Below are positions 1 through 10,134 of a DNA stretch of 64,000 nucleotides, piece after piece (the stretch's first letter is position 1; each line of letters begins with the position of its first letter). The notes below the pieces were generated by a model that worked only from the letters and a program-made list of their open reading frames with translations, was not told the origin of the DNA and ran no database searches. The stretch covers positions 122,486 through 186,485 of the forward strand of contig CAWFTP010000001.1 in assembly GCA_963818885.1 (NCBI GenBank). Reading direction: 5' to 3'. The position numbers and the translations under genes are program-made. The stretch comes from an uncultured Pseudomonadota bacterium. GTDB taxonomy: Bacteria; Pseudomonadota; Alphaproteobacteria; Acetobacterales; Acetobacteraceae.

Positions 1-761
1 AAGCGCGACTTGAGGCTGAGGCCCCCGACACGCGGCTGGCCGGGATCGACCTCCCACGGGTGGAAATAGAAGATGCCCGGTTGGCGCTCGATGCGATGGA
101 CCCGCTGCAGCCCGAAGCGATAGGCGCGATAGGGCAGCAGTCGGAAATACCCGCCGCCCGCACAGGGCACATTGCGGCCGGCGAAGCGGTAGGTGGTCAT
201 CGGGATCTCCCACAGCCGGCCGCCATCCGGCTGGAACGGGGCGCGCGGGGCGCCCGGCATCCCGTAGAGGTCGTGGCTGATGGGGTTGATGCTGGAACTG
301 TAGAGATACCCCTCGCTCTCAAGCGCGGCGAACGCCCACAAATTCCGGACACCAATCGAGAACGTCGCGGCGCGATAGCCGCATACGGCGACGCCTCCGA
401 CGTCCTCGAGCGTGCGTCGGGCGCGCCCCACATCGGCCCGAAACTGCGCCGGGTCCTGGGCGTCGGCCCGGGTGTGATCCCAGCCATGACTGGCGAGTTC
501 ATGGCCGCCGTCCACGATCCGGCGCACCACCGCTGGGTGGCGCCGCGCGATCCAGCCGAGCGTGAAGAAAGTAGCTCTCGCCCCCGCTTCGTCAAACAAT
601 GCGAGAATCGTGTCCATGTTCGCTTCGACGCGGGCGGGGATGTCATCCCATGTCGACCGCGGAATGCGCCCCGCCAGGGCCTGCACCTGGAAATAGTCTT
701 CCACATCGACGGTCATCGCATTGGGCCGCAGGTCGCCGTCACGATGCGCCGTATCGGTCAT
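1..761 (-). CDS. Polysaccharide deacetylase, PEP-CTERM/XrtA-locus subfamily (3' end runs off the window)
   Basis: Absent from the ORF track because it has no stop in the window. My minus-strand translation from the ATG at 761 reads MTDTAHRDGDLRPNAMTVDVEDYFQVQALAGRIPRSTWDDIPARVEANMDTILALFDEAGARATFFTLGWIARRHPAVVRRIVDGGHELASHGWDH..., a NodB-type deacetylase. Its start overlaps the upstream ATPase stop as ATGA. Confidence 0.85.
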   Translation of the reverse strand, partial: MTDTAHRDGDLRPNAMTVDVEDYFQVQALAGRIPRSTWDDIPARVEANMDTILALFDEAGARATFFTLGWIARRHPAVVRRIVDGGHELASHGWDHTRADAQDPAQFRADVGRARRTLEDVGGVAVCGYRAATFSIGVRNLWAFAALESEGYLYSSSINPISHDLYGMPGAPRAPFQPDGGRLWEIPMTTYRFAGRNVPCAGGGYFRLLPYRAYRFGLQRVHRIERQPGIFYFHPWEVDPGQPRVGGLSLKSR

Positions 762-1750
762 GCGTGCAACTCGGCGTAACTGCCGATCAGCTCTATCAGC
801 CGGTTTAGCGTGCGCCCCTGGCGCGCCACGCCCTGCTCCAGCGCGGCGACCCGACCATCGAGCAGCGTCGCGAGCTGCGGATCACCTGTCTCAATCTCCG
901 TTCGCGCCCCGCCAGGGGCCTGAGCGGGCAGTCCGGCTCCCAGATCGCGCGCGAGTTCGGCGGCTGTCTCGGACACCATCTCGCCGGTGATCACGTGCGT
1001 CTCCTCGAGCGCGCCATACAGAAGCACTCGTCCACAGAGCGTATTGATGCGCCGCGGCAAGCCTCCCGTCTCGCGGAAGAGCACCATGAAGGAGTCGTCG
1101 GTCCAATGCGGGTCGGTGACCCAGCCCACCGTGCGCAGCCGGTGCTCGACATAGGCCCGCGTCTCCTGCTCGGAAAGGGGACCAAGATGATAGGAGGCGA
1201 GCACGCGCTGGCGCAGCTGTTCGAGCTCCTTGCTCGCGAGCATCGCGCGGAACTGCGGCTGGCCGAGGAGGATCGTCTGCAGGCTGGCGCGCCCGTCGAC
1301 GGTGACGTTCGAGAGCATCCGTAGCTCTTCGAGCGCGCCGAGCGGCAGGTTCTGCACTTCGTCGACGACAAGCAGGCAACGCCTTCCCGCGCCGCGATGA
1401 ATGCGCACCGCCTGCTCGAAGCGGCGCAGCAGCGCCGCCTTGTCGCCGCTCACGTCCTCGACCCCCAGGCTGGCGACGGAGAGGCGCAGCAGATCCTCGC
1501 CCGAGACGAGCGTGGTGACGATCCGGCCCATGACGTAGGTCGCCCGGTCGAGCTGCGCCCAGAGCTGCTCGACCAGCGTGGTCTTACCCGCGCCCACTTC
1601 GCCGGTGACGACGATGAAGCCCTCTTCCTGGGATAGCCCGTAGACGAGGTGCGAGATCGCCCGGCTGTGGCCCGTTGAGCCGAAGAAGAAGCGGCTGTCG
1701 GGCGTGAGCTGGAACGGCGCTCCGGTGAACTTGTAGAATGTGTCGTACAC
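758..1750 (-). CDS. PEP-CTERM/XrtA system-associated AAA ATPase (ExeA-like secretion ATPase)
   Basis: 330 aa with Walker A VVTGEVGAGKTTL and Walker B LLVVDEVQNL. The N-terminus MYDTFYKFTGAPFQLTPDSRFFF is typical of the PEP-CTERM locus ATPase family, and the gene sits at the canonical position in the locus. Confidence 0.85.
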   Translation of the reverse strand: MYDTFYKFTGAPFQLTPDSRFFFGSTGHSRAISHLVYGLSQEEGFIVVTGEVGAGKTTLVEQLWAQLDRATYVMGRIVTTLVSGEDLLRLSVASLGVEDVSGDKAALLRRFEQAVRIHRGAGRRCLLVVDEVQNLPLGALEELRMLSNVTVDGRASLQTILLGQPQFRAMLASKELEQLRQRVLASYHLGPLSEQETRAYVEHRLRTVGWVTDPHWTDDSFMVLFRETGGLPRRINTLCGRVLLYGALEETHVITGEMVSETAAELARDLGAGLPAQAPGGARTEIETGDPQLATLLDGRVAALEQGVARQGRTLNRLIELIGSYAELHA

Positions 1751-1760
1751 GAACCCTCGC

Positions 1761-3518
1761 TCAGAATCGCTTGGTTACGCCGACGAGGAAGACGTTCTCG
1801 GTGAAGCTGCGCCCGGCGAATTGCGACGAGCGATCAAAGAAGGCGTAGCGCGCAACTGTCGAGACCGTCGGGGTGATCAGATAGCTCGCACCGACGCTTG
1901 CGCTGACCAAGTGCTCGTTGCCTGAGGGTGCGGTCTGAAACGTACTCATCGTATAACCGCCACCCGCGCCGACGCTGGTGCGATCGCTGACCTGATGAGT
2001 CCAGGACACGTTGAAGGACGTCGCCGACTCCCCCACGCCCGGGGCCGCACCTGCGGCGGACGCGACCGGATCCTGGCTCTGATGCTGCACAGATGTCGCC
2101 ACGGTATCGCGGTCGAGCACCGTAATCGAGGAGAAGGTCAGCGTGTGCGTGCGGAACAGCGCGTTCTGGGAGCTGAGCAGGCTGTTGCCGAGGAAAAGCG
2201 GCGCGCCGGTCTGAGCGTCAACGGGATTGCCGAACTGATCGAAGCTGGTGAGGCCAAGCTGCGATGCGATCTGCTGCACGTTGGTCTGCAACGCGGTGGT
2301 GTAGCTGACGGTGAGGCGGGTGCGCGCGGTGATCTGATAATAGCCGTTGGCGTTCGCGCCATTGAACCCGTCGCGGTGGCCATACCCGATGAGGATCTGG
2401 CTGTCGGCGTTGGGCGTGAGGACGACGCCGATCTGCCAGACGCCGTCGTTGATGTTCGTCTTGGGCACCGTGTTGTAATACAGGCTCTCGGCGCCGAACT
2501 CGACGAACGGAACCAGGACGCGGTTGAGCGCGTAGCCGACCCAGTTGGTGATGATGGCGGAGTGCGCCCCGTTGGCAACGCCGTTGCCGCTGCTCCGGCT
2601 CGCATCCGCGAGAGCGAACTCCCGCACCCGGCCGAAATCCGACCCGCCCAGGAACTGCGCCGTCGCCTCTGCAGTCTGCTGCTGCTGCGTGCCGACGCTA
2701 ACCGTCCCGGGGACCGGGTTCAGGACGTTGGAATTGATATAAGATTCCGTAAATGTCAGCCCGGCTTTCGCAGTGCCGAAATCGCCGAAGCGATAAATCA
2801 CATAAGGCGTGATCGAGGCGCCGAAATTCTGCGAGCGATTGTTCCGGTTGAGGGCGACGGCGCCAGGCGCGGCGGCAGAACCCACCCCGATCAGAGGCGA
2901 TGTCGAGCTCGCCGACAGCCCGCCAAATCCGCTCAGGCCGCCCAGACCGCCACCCGATGGGGAGATGAAGGCGAGCGCGTGTGCGGTGACGAACAGGGTG
3001 TCCGGAACCAGCGTCGCGGTGACTGACCCGATCCCCTCCTGGGCCACCGAATCGGCGGAATGCGTCTTGGCGTAGATCTGGACCGTCGGCGCATATTGGA
3101 TATTGGCGGTGATGTGCGGGCTGCTGCCGTTGATCTGGATCGAAGGCGTGATCCCCGTCACGAAGTCGCCCGTGGGGTGCTGGCTTTGAAAGATATTGCT
3201 GTTGTACATCTCCTGCGCACTGATCGCAGGAACGATCGTCCACGGAGGAACGCCTGGGCCGCCCGGCGGCGGAACGGCGGGGGCATGGTTCAAATCGCCC
3301 AAGCCGAGCGTGTTGGGTAGGCCACCGATCGGGCTGTTCAGGATGACAGCGGCCGGCGGGAGTCCCAGCGGCGGAGCTGCCGCGGTCGCGTCCTGCGCGC
3401 GGGCCGGGTGCGCGAGCATGATCGGCCCAGCGTAAGCAGCGAGCGTCGGAAGAACGAAGAACAACCCGCCTCGCGCACGCCGTGGGACACGGCGATTCGG
3501 CGCGAAGAGAGCGGGCAT
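1761..3518 (-). CDS. PEP-CTERM-locus outer-membrane beta-barrel protein (uncharacterised family)
   Basis: The C-terminus ...ENVFLVGVTKRF is an OMP-type terminal Phe motif, with alternating beta-strand-like composition rich in G/S/T/Y/N. A signal-like segment follows the internal ATG at 3518 (MPALFAPNRRVPRRARGGLFFVLPTLAAYAGPIMLAHPARA). Position in the locus fits. Confidence 0.7.
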   Translation of the reverse strand: MPALFAPNRRVPRRARGGLFFVLPTLAAYAGPIMLAHPARAQDATAAAPPLGLPPAAVILNSPIGGLPNTLGLGDLNHAPAVPPPGGPGVPPWTIVPAISAQEMYNSNIFQSQHPTGDFVTGITPSIQINGSSPHITANIQYAPTVQIYAKTHSADSVAQEGIGSVTATLVPDTLFVTAHALAFISPSGGGLGGLSGFGGLSASSTSPLIGVGSAAAPGAVALNRNNRSQNFGASITPYVIYRFGDFGTAKAGLTFTESYINSNVLNPVPGTVSVGTQQQQTAEATAQFLGGSDFGRVREFALADASRSSGNGVANGAHSAIITNWVGYALNRVLVPFVEFGAESLYYNTVPKTNINDGVWQIGVVLTPNADSQILIGYGHRDGFNGANANGYYQITARTRLTVSYTTALQTNVQQIASQLGLTSFDQFGNPVDAQTGAPLFLGNSLLSSQNALFRTHTLTFSSITVLDRDTVATSVQHQSQDPVASAAGAAPGVGESATSFNVSWTHQVSDRTSVGAGGGYTMSTFQTAPSGNEHLVSASVGASYLITPTVSTVARYAFFDRSSQFAGRSFTENVFLVGVTKRF

Positions 3519-3543
3519 CGGGGCGTAATTCCCGCTGGCCGTA

Positions 3544-4503
3544 TCAGGAGGCGTAGTAGGGGGCGTAGGCGCCAAAGGCATTCCCTGCGGCCTGCTGCAT
3601 CTTGTTCAGGACGAGGGTGATGGCGGGGCATTCGCCGATCAGATCGAGGGCCGCCTCCACGTCGGAACGCTGCGTGCGCTCCGCCTCCACCACGAAAAGT
3701 ATCTGTCCCATGATGGGCGCGAGCGCCGCCGGATCGCTGGTCGCAAGGCACGGCGCTCCATCGAGGATCACCAGCCGGTCGGCCTGCCTGCGTGCCAGGC
3801 CGTTGAGGAGCCGCCCCACATGGCGGCTGGCGAGCTGGTCCGTGCCGCGGGTGTGCTGACCGTGTCCGATCGGCAGGATCGAGAGCTGGTTGATCGACGT
3901 CGGGTGGTCGAACCGTGCGGGATCCAGCGAGGGATCGGCGACGCAATCGAGCAGGCCGGGGCTGTCGACGAGGCTAAGCAGGCGCGTGAGCGAATGATCT
4001 TTCACGTCCGTATCAATCAACAACACCGGGTGGTCGCCCTGGCGGGCGATACTGGCGGCGAGATTGAGCCCAGTGAAGCTCTTGCCCTCTCCCGGGCGCG
4101 CGCTCGTGACCATCAGCAGGTTAGGGTAGGCGCCCGAGAGCTCGGCGCTCGGGGGTACGGAACCGGCCGCAGTGAAGGCGGTGCGCAGGATCTGTCGCTG
4201 CACGAGCCACAGCTCTTCGGCCACCCGGCTGCGCCCGGCCTGATCCGTTAACAACCCAGCCTTCTCGAGCCGGTCGAGCGTGATCAGCGGGCGCGCGGGA
4301 TCCCGTGGCATCGGAATGCCAGCCGGCGCGCCGAGCACTCCATTCAGGGTGCCGTTCACGCCGAGACCGGCGGCCGGGGGAGCGTCAGCGCTCCCTTGCG
4401 GTCCACCGGGAAGCGGCGGGATCGGGGAGAGCTGCCCCGGCACGGCTCCGCTTTTTGCCAGCTGGGCCGCGGCACGCTCGATCAGGTGGGGAGCATTCGG
4501 CAT
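3544..4503 (-). CDS. Exopolysaccharide/PEP-CTERM locus tyrosine autokinase-like P-loop protein
   Basis: 319 aa with MinD/BY-kinase-type Walker A (TSARPGEGKSFTGLNLA) and Walker B-like LVILDGAP. The tail is Tyr-containing (GAYAPYYAS). Confidence 0.8.
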   Translation of the reverse strand: MPNAPHLIERAAAQLAKSGAVPGQLSPIPPLPGGPQGSADAPPAAGLGVNGTLNGVLGAPAGIPMPRDPARPLITLDRLEKAGLLTDQAGRSRVAEELWLVQRQILRTAFTAAGSVPPSAELSGAYPNLLMVTSARPGEGKSFTGLNLAASIARQGDHPVLLIDTDVKDHSLTRLLSLVDSPGLLDCVADPSLDPARFDHPTSINQLSILPIGHGQHTRGTDQLASRHVGRLLNGLARRQADRLVILDGAPCLATSDPAALAPIMGQILFVVEAERTQRSDVEAALDLIGECPAITLVLNKMQQAAGNAFGAYAPYYAS

Positions 4504-4505
4504 TG

Positions 4506-6032
4506 TCAGACCGTACTGGAGGCACGCAGGACGTGGACGAGCAGGCCGCCATAAAGCCCGATTAGCAGGACGATCGCCACCGCAAACTGCCCGGCGGCGA
4601 AAGCCCTTCGTCTGAGCGATGCCTTTCGCATCGCCGACAATCCGCCGAGCACCGGCAACCCGAGCTTTCGAAGATCATCGATGGTGGCGAAAGATCGGTC
4701 GAACTGGGCGAGGACCACCGCCGCCGCCAGACCCGCCCCGATCCCGACCACCAGCACCGCGGTCATCAGCAGGATGCGATCCGGGAACATGGGAACGAGC
4801 GGGATCTCGGGCGGATCGATCACCCGCAGATGCACCTTATCAGCCTGCGTATCGGCCGCCTGGGCGATCCGCGCCGCCTGCAAGCGCGTAAGCAGCTCGT
4901 CGTAGTTCTTGCGCAGGACGCCGTAGTCGCAATTCAGGTTCTCGTATTCGGCGAGCAGGGCGGGTTGGTCGTGCTGGATCTTCTCGATCCGGGCAAGCGT
5001 CGCTTGCGCACTCTTCAACTGATTGGTCAGAGAGTTGACGTTCGCTTGCTCGTCGAGCAGCTTCACAGTGAGCTGGTCATAGAGCGGGTTCGGCACGCCC
5101 GCGCCACGCGTGGCCCCACGCCCGCCGCCGCCCGCAGCACCCGGCGTGTGACGCAGCTGCTCGATGAGCTTGCGCTGCTCGATCACGCCGGGATAGTCGT
5201 CCGTGTAGAGCGTCCGTAGCTCCCCGAGCCTGGCTTCCGCCTGCGCAAGGGCGCCGCCGCCTCCGCCGCCACCGTAGCCCGGGATGTCCTGGCCCGGCAG
5301 CGTGGTTGGCATCCCCTTCATGCGCGCCTGCAGCTGAGCCACGCGGTCCTGGGCGTCATGCAGCGCGGTTACTGCCCTGGTCACGGCGTCCTGCGCGCCC
5401 TCGGAAGCAGAGCTTGCGGTTGCGCCGTCGGCGGGCAGCAGCCCGGCATACTTGGTGCGGAAGGCGGCGCGCCGCTCCTCCATGGCGTGCAGCTGCGTCT
5501 CGTAGGACGCGATCTGGAGCTGCAGGAAGCGCAGCGCATTGTCCATATCACTGCGGTTTGCGCCGGTGGCCTGCTCGGTGAAGATCGACAGCAGGGTCTG
5601 TACCACGTCGCGCGCGAGGCGCGGATTGCTGTCCGCGTAGGAGATCGAGAACAGATTCTTGTCTTGTGCCGTCACGGTGATGTCGTTGCCGAGCGAGGTA
5701 ATCAGGCGCTCGCGCGCATCGGGCGTGTTGGCGCTCAGGCCGAGATCGGTCTTGGATATAAGCGTTTGCAGGTTGGGCCGGCTCAACAGCGTGCGCTGGA
5801 GGATCGCGACCTGATTGGATGAGCCGGTATCGGCGGCGAGGCCGTGCAGAAGGGGCGTCAGTACCGCGTCGGTGTCGACATAGAGACGGGCGGTAACCCG
5901 GTAGCGGTCGGGGACGTAGTGGACACCCGCCCAGCCCAGCAGGCACACGATCCACGCCACCGCGAGCCCTGCCCAACGGCGGCGCCACGCAATCCGCAGC
6001 GTCCGGGCGATCAGGCCGAGCAACTGGTCCAT
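4506..6032 (-). CDS. Polysaccharide chain-length determinant (Wzz/GumC-like), PEP-CTERM locus subfamily
   Basis: 508 aa with N- and C-terminal TM segments flanking a long coiled-coil periplasmic region and a poly-Gly stretch. It lies adjacent to the kinase-like gene. Confidence 0.85.
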   Translation of the reverse strand: MDQLLGLIARTLRIAWRRRWAGLAVAWIVCLLGWAGVHYVPDRYRVTARLYVDTDAVLTPLLHGLAADTGSSNQVAILQRTLLSRPNLQTLISKTDLGLSANTPDARERLITSLGNDITVTAQDKNLFSISYADSNPRLARDVVQTLLSIFTEQATGANRSDMDNALRFLQLQIASYETQLHAMEERRAAFRTKYAGLLPADGATASSASEGAQDAVTRAVTALHDAQDRVAQLQARMKGMPTTLPGQDIPGYGGGGGGGALAQAEARLGELRTLYTDDYPGVIEQRKLIEQLRHTPGAAGGGGRGATRGAGVPNPLYDQLTVKLLDEQANVNSLTNQLKSAQATLARIEKIQHDQPALLAEYENLNCDYGVLRKNYDELLTRLQAARIAQAADTQADKVHLRVIDPPEIPLVPMFPDRILLMTAVLVVGIGAGLAAAVVLAQFDRSFATIDDLRKLGLPVLGGLSAMRKASLRRRAFAAGQFAVAIVLLIGLYGGLLVHVLRASSTV

Positions 6033-6047
6033 GATGTGCTCTCCGCC

Positions 6048-6698
6048 TCAGAAGTAGCTCTGTGGGATAATTAGCGTATCCCCAGGCTGCATCGCTATGT
6101 TTTGCGAGACGTCGCCATCATTCACGAGATCGCCGAGCCGGACATGGATGGTCTCCTCCTTGCCGTTCGGCAGCCGCCGCACCACGATGGCGCGATTGCC
6201 GGCGGCAAATTTGGTCAATCCTTTGGTGGCGACCATGACGTCGAGCAGCGTCATGTTGTCACGATAAGGAATTGCCATCGGTTCCGTGGCTTCGCCGATC
6301 ACCTTGATCTGGCGGTTGAGCGGGCCGACGAAACTACGGACGATCACCGTCACGTTCGGATCGCGCACGTATTTGCGCAACTGATCCTGGATTTTGGTCG
6401 ACAACTCGCTCGCAGTGAGCCCCGCCGCCTGGATGTCCTGGATGAGCGGCACCGAAATGCGCCCGTCAGGGCGGACCGGCACATCAGGCTCGCTCAACTC
6501 CGGCGCATGATAGACGAAGATGCTGAGCATGTCGCCCGAGCCGATGACGTACTCCTGACCGGTTCGCGAGGGCGCGGCCGGAGTGCTCGACAGTGCGGCG
6601 ACCGTGGTTCCGCCCCCGGGCTGGGTGCAGCCCACCATGCCCAGACACAAGAGGAACGCGGCGACAACGGACAGGATATTATAAAGAGACCTCGACAC
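6048..6698 (-). CDS. Polysaccharide export protein (Wza-like periplasmic/OM lipoprotein)
   Basis: 216 aa with a lipoprotein signal (LCLGMVGC). Poly_export/SLBB-like motifs include YVIGSGDMLSIFVY, DGRISVPLI and PGDTLIIP. Confidence 0.85.
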   Translation of the reverse strand: MSRSLYNILSVVAAFLLCLGMVGCTQPGGGTTVAALSSTPAAPSRTGQEYVIGSGDMLSIFVYHAPELSEPDVPVRPDGRISVPLIQDIQAAGLTASELSTKIQDQLRKYVRDPNVTVIVRSFVGPLNRQIKVIGEATEPMAIPYRDNMTLLDVMVATKGLTKFAAGNRAIVVRRLPNGKEETIHVRLGDLVNDGDVSQNIAMQPGDTLIIPQSYF

Positions 6699-6902
6699 CC
6701 GCGACCTCGATGATTTAAGGACTTATGACTCGACGACAGTCGCCTGGCTGGGGATGCCCACGTCTGCCGCCGACTAGCTTGGCGCCCGCCGGCACGCCAG
6801 CCGAGGACGCTATCGCGATCCATGATGGAACACATGAAGTAAATCAAGCCTAAAGAGATGCTTGACCTGTGGAACGGAATGTTAGAAATTTAGATCGGCG
6901 TT

Positions 6903-6990
6903 GGTGGCCCAATCGCCAGCCCGGACAAAGGTGGCCCGATCGCGGCGGCGTCGCATGGCGTGCCGCCAGGGCGATCGCGTGCCCATCGCT
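6903..6990 (+). promoter_or_regulatory. Three direct repeats GGTGGCCC(A/G)ATCGC / GCGTGCCCATCGC in the divergent EPS promoter region
   Basis: The repeats are ggtggcccaatcgcc (6903-6917), ggtggcccgatcgcg (6930-6944) and gcgtgcccatcgct (6977-6990), just upstream of the sugar transferase ATG at 7022. An AT-rich stretch lies at about 6830-6900. Confidence 0.3.
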
Positions 6991-7021
6991 TGACGGCCCG
7001 GTTCGCGTTGGGGAGTGCTGA

Positions 7022-8380
<1,359 letters not shown>

Positions 8381-8389
8381 GGCCAAGCC

Positions 8390-8893
8390 CTAATGGGTTT
8401 GCGCCCCGCCCGCCGGGGCAGGTCCCGCGTTGACTCCACCAGGCGTGAAACGCCCGACGTTGCCGAACAGCTGCTGCAGAACGGACGCCTCGGTCCCCGG
8501 CGACGGGGTCTCTCGACTCACCATCGTGGCTCCCAGAGCATCGCTCTTGTTCAGCCTCTCGACCCCGCGCAGCACACCATGGTCGTCGAAGCTAAGCGCC
8601 ACGACGTTCTGGTGCAGGACAGCCTGCGTGCCGGCCACCACGGGCCGTGTCATCTGCGCGATGTATATCCAAGTATTGGGATCGAACGTCGCCTTCGTGG
8701 TCGGGGAGCCGAGCAGAGCCGTAGCGTCGGCTTGCGTGCTTACGCCGGGCACGAGTTGCTTGAGCTGATCCGGGTCGACGTGGTTGCCCCGCGGCTGCGG
8801 GTCCGGAGCAAGGAACGCACAAGCGGACAGCAGGCAGCCACCTAGCAGCACGCCCGCGCGGAGCCGCCGAAGCGCGGCGCCGCTGGGATACAA
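8390..8893 (-). CDS. bamE: Outer membrane protein assembly factor BamE (SmpA/OmlA)
   Basis: Lipobox LLSAC, then a SmpA/OmlA-like domain (QLKQLVPGVSTQADATALLGSPT...WIYI). The start is uncertain: TTG at 8893 gives a proper signal peptide, while the longest ORF starts with GTG at 8977. Confidence 0.7.
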   Translation of the reverse strand: MYPSGAALRRLRAGVLLGGCLLSACAFLAPDPQPRGNHVDPDQLKQLVPGVSTQADATALLGSPTTKATFDPNTWIYIAQMTRPVVAGTQAVLHQNVVALSFDDHGVLRGVERLNKSDALGATMVSRETPSPGTEASVLQQLFGNVGRFTPGGVNAGPAPAGGAQTH

Positions 8894-9089
8894 AAAGGGG
8901 AGAAAAGCCAACCGGACTGATCCCGACAGAGAGGGCCGCGTCCGACTCGGCCCTGGTTTGATCGGGCCGAGCGGCACGCTATGTCATGGGCGTCTCATGC
9001 TCGCCGCCGCGAGTCAATCGGGTCGACACACGCGAGGACAACGCCGACAGTGCCCCTTCTACGATCCCTACTCGGCCCAAGGCGGCGCC

Positions 9090-9605
9090 ATGAACGCGCG
9101 GGGTTCTCTCTCTACAGGCAAGCGGTCGATGCCGCACGGGCCCCTTACCAATATACGGGTACTGGGCGCGCCCGACACGTTCGACGGTCGCTTCGACCTG
9201 GTCGGCTTGCACGTGATCCTGCTGATAGAGCGCCTTCGCCCCGCGCCGGAGCCGGGCCCGGACCTGGCGCAGGCGCTGTTCGATGCGATGTTCAGCGACA
9301 TGGACCTGACCTTGCGGGAGATCGGAGTGGGCGACCTTTCCGTCGGCAAGAAGGTGCGCAGGATGTGGGAGGCGGTGCATGGCCGCGCCGCTGCCTATTC
9401 AGGCCCACTCGAGAGCGGCGATGCCGAGGCGCTTGCCGGCGCGCTCGTGCGCAATGTGTGGCGCGGCGAGGCGCCAGAGCACGCTGCGGCGGCGCTCGCC
9501 CGCATCGCACTCGCCCAGCGCAATCATCTCGCCGCACAGCCGCTGGACGCTCTCGCCGCGGGCCAAGTCTCGTTCCTGGCGCCGGAGGAGGCGCTTGCCG
9601 CATGA
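9090..9605 (+). CDS. Ubiquinol-cytochrome c chaperone family protein (probable upstream frame break)
   Basis: PDTFDGRFDLVGLHVILLIERL... is typical of the Ubiq_cyt_C_chap domain. The expected N-terminal part (VPLLRSLLGPRRRHERAGFSLYRQAVDAARAPYQYTG) is in a different frame from GTG 9050 and joins at about 9158-9164. Confidence 0.7.
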   Translation: MNARGSLSTGKRSMPHGPLTNIRVLGAPDTFDGRFDLVGLHVILLIERLRPAPEPGPDLAQALFDAMFSDMDLTLREIGVGDLSVGKKVRRMWEAVHGRAAAYSGPLESGDAEALAGALVRNVWRGEAPEHAAAALARIALAQRNHLAAQPLDALAAGQVSFLAPEEALAA

Positions 9606-10090
9606 CCCCGGAACTCTCACGTCCCATCACGGTCGCGCGCATCAGCTCCGTACCCCTCGAGGTGACGGTGACCGCGACCGAGAAGGAATGCCGACCGCTC
9701 GCCGCTCGTATGGCGCTGCCGGCGATCGGATCGCTCGAATGCCGCTTCCTGCTCCGCCGCGACGGAAATGCCGTTGTGGCGGAAGGGCACCTGCAGGCGC
9801 GGGTCATGCAGGTCTGTGTCGTCAGCCTTGACGAGTTTGAGACCGCGGTCGAGGAGAAGTTCGTCGTCCGTTTTGTTCCGGCCGGAACCGAGGCGGAGGC
9901 GATCGACCCCGAGGCGGAGGACGAGATCACCTATGAAGGGGAGACGATCGACCTCGGCGAAGCAGCCGCCCAGCAACTTGCCCTCGCGCTCGAGCCATAT
10001 CCGCGCAAGCCGGGAGCCACGCTGGAAGCCGAGCGCCTAGCGCCTGCTACCCCGTTCGCGGCACTCGCGGGTCTCCGCCGGCGACATTGA
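9602..10090 (+). CDS. YceD/DUF177 family protein
   Basis: 162 aa with an acidic C-terminal half (EDEITYEGETIDLGEAAAQQLALALEPYPRKPG), as in DUF177. Its start overlaps the upstream gene as ATGA. Confidence 0.8.
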   Translation: MTPELSRPITVARISSVPLEVTVTATEKECRPLAARMALPAIGSLECRFLLRRDGNAVVAEGHLQARVMQVCVVSLDEFETAVEEKFVVRFVPAGTEAEAIDPEAEDEITYEGETIDLGEAAAQQLALALEPYPRKPGATLEAERLAPATPFAALAGLRRRH

Positions 10091-10134
10091 GAGGGCGCCT
10101 TGCCCGCATCCGCCAGTCAGGACTAGGCAGGCCC

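Noticed and set aside
60-779. 239-aa plus-strand ORF at the window start
   Set aside because: The opposite strand encodes an unmistakable NodB-type deacetylase that runs off the window. The plus-strand ORF has no motifs.
6699-7021. Sigma-54 (-24/-12) promoter expected for PrsR-controlled PEP-CTERM loci
   Set aside because: Candidate TGG...GC strings (for example tggtggcccaatcgc) match only the invariant GG and GC with poor flanks, so I make no call.
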